From Stegostoma tigrinum (Eukaryota): a DNA stretch of 64,000 bases. The translations under genes and the position numbers were made by a program. The notes beneath the pieces are model-generated. The model worked only from the letters and a program-made list of their open reading frames with translations. It was not told the DNA's origin and did not search any database. Each line of letters starts with the position of its first letter. Within the stretch, counting starts at the first letter, position 1. The stretch spans positions 6,738,497 through 6,802,496 of the forward strand of contig NC_081387.1 in NCBI RefSeq assembly GCF_030684315.1, in the 5' to 3' direction. Below are positions 63,216 through 64,000 of the stretch, one piece after another.

Positions 63216-64000
63216 GCCTTATACCTCCAATGTTGTGAAGATGAGCAATTTAGAGCAAACCAGGCTCTAGACACAAGCTTTTGCAAATGAAAATGTGAAT
63301 CAAATGAAAGCAAAATCAGGCAAGGCATGTAACGAGGGAAATCGCTGATCTTACTTTCACGTCCATTGCTAAAATGACTGCAATCTCTTGGAAATAAAAT
63401 GTAAGTAATTAGGAGGAACAGATCAGAAGCCCTCATGTCTGTTCTCTGGTTTTTCTTCATAATCGGAGGCTTCGACGACTCATCTGCGCTGTTGCGACGA
63501 CCCCGCTATAAGCTGACCTTTACGAGGGAAACAAGACCCAAGTATCTCTTTTAAACCGAACTTCAACCAGGCCTCGTTCCACAGATCCATTTGAGAAGTC
63601 AAATGCTTTGTTGACACACACAACACTCAGCCTGAAAAACTCCTGCTGTTGGTAATTAAGCAGCTCCGACAGTGGCATCCCTCTCTAATTCAAACTTCAA
63701 TGTTTCACAACAGTCATGTGTGAATGAGCTGTGCTATCCCTCGCTGCCACTACCTCGCTAATAAAGGCTCTAAAAACAAATGTCAAAAGACTCCGAGTTA
63801 TAGTCGACTGTCATGGGCGGGCTGCAGACTTACTCTTCTCAGTCCAACCTCGCAGCGGAATAGTACCCTGCAAAAAACTGTAAGCCGATATATCGGGAGA
63901 ACGTAAATTCTGGTAGCTCACAGAAAATTGCACTGAATCTACGTTATTGAGATGTAGTACTTGATTAACGCGTTAACAGTGTATCAAATGCCATTTATAC

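Overview
Eukaryotic, intron-rich, repeat-dense vertebrate DNA. The HE1-like SINEs, Deu-domain SINE, CR1 and Penelope families and the GPR139-like receptor point to a cartilaginous fish, probably a shark (inference). Three host genes were reconstructed by reading splice sites by hand. (1) The last five exons of a + strand TRIM69/nuclear-factor-7-like TRIM-B30.2 gene (4290-13008), which has a long Asp/Glu/Asn insert in its linker and a strongly acidic PRY/SPRY domain; its RING/B-box exon was not found and probably lies upstream. (2) A complete six-exon, 332-aa non-classical MHC class I heavy-chain gene on + (31746-55819) with a hydrophobic predicted groove and a CD1-like tail ending RRQRGYNVI. 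(3) The main exon of a GPR139/GPR142-like GPCR on - (56943-57880), tail-to-tail with the class I gene. The rest is mostly CR1, RTE and other LINEs, Penelope-like elements (several forming hairpins with hammerhead-ribozyme cores), SINEs, a solo LTR with a 4-bp TSD, and Gypsy and Harbinger relics. Four independent local inverted duplications cluster between 7.6 and 23.2 kb. Percent identities and repeat boundaries are by-eye estimates. No CRISPR array, rRNA gene or bona fide tRNA gene was seen.
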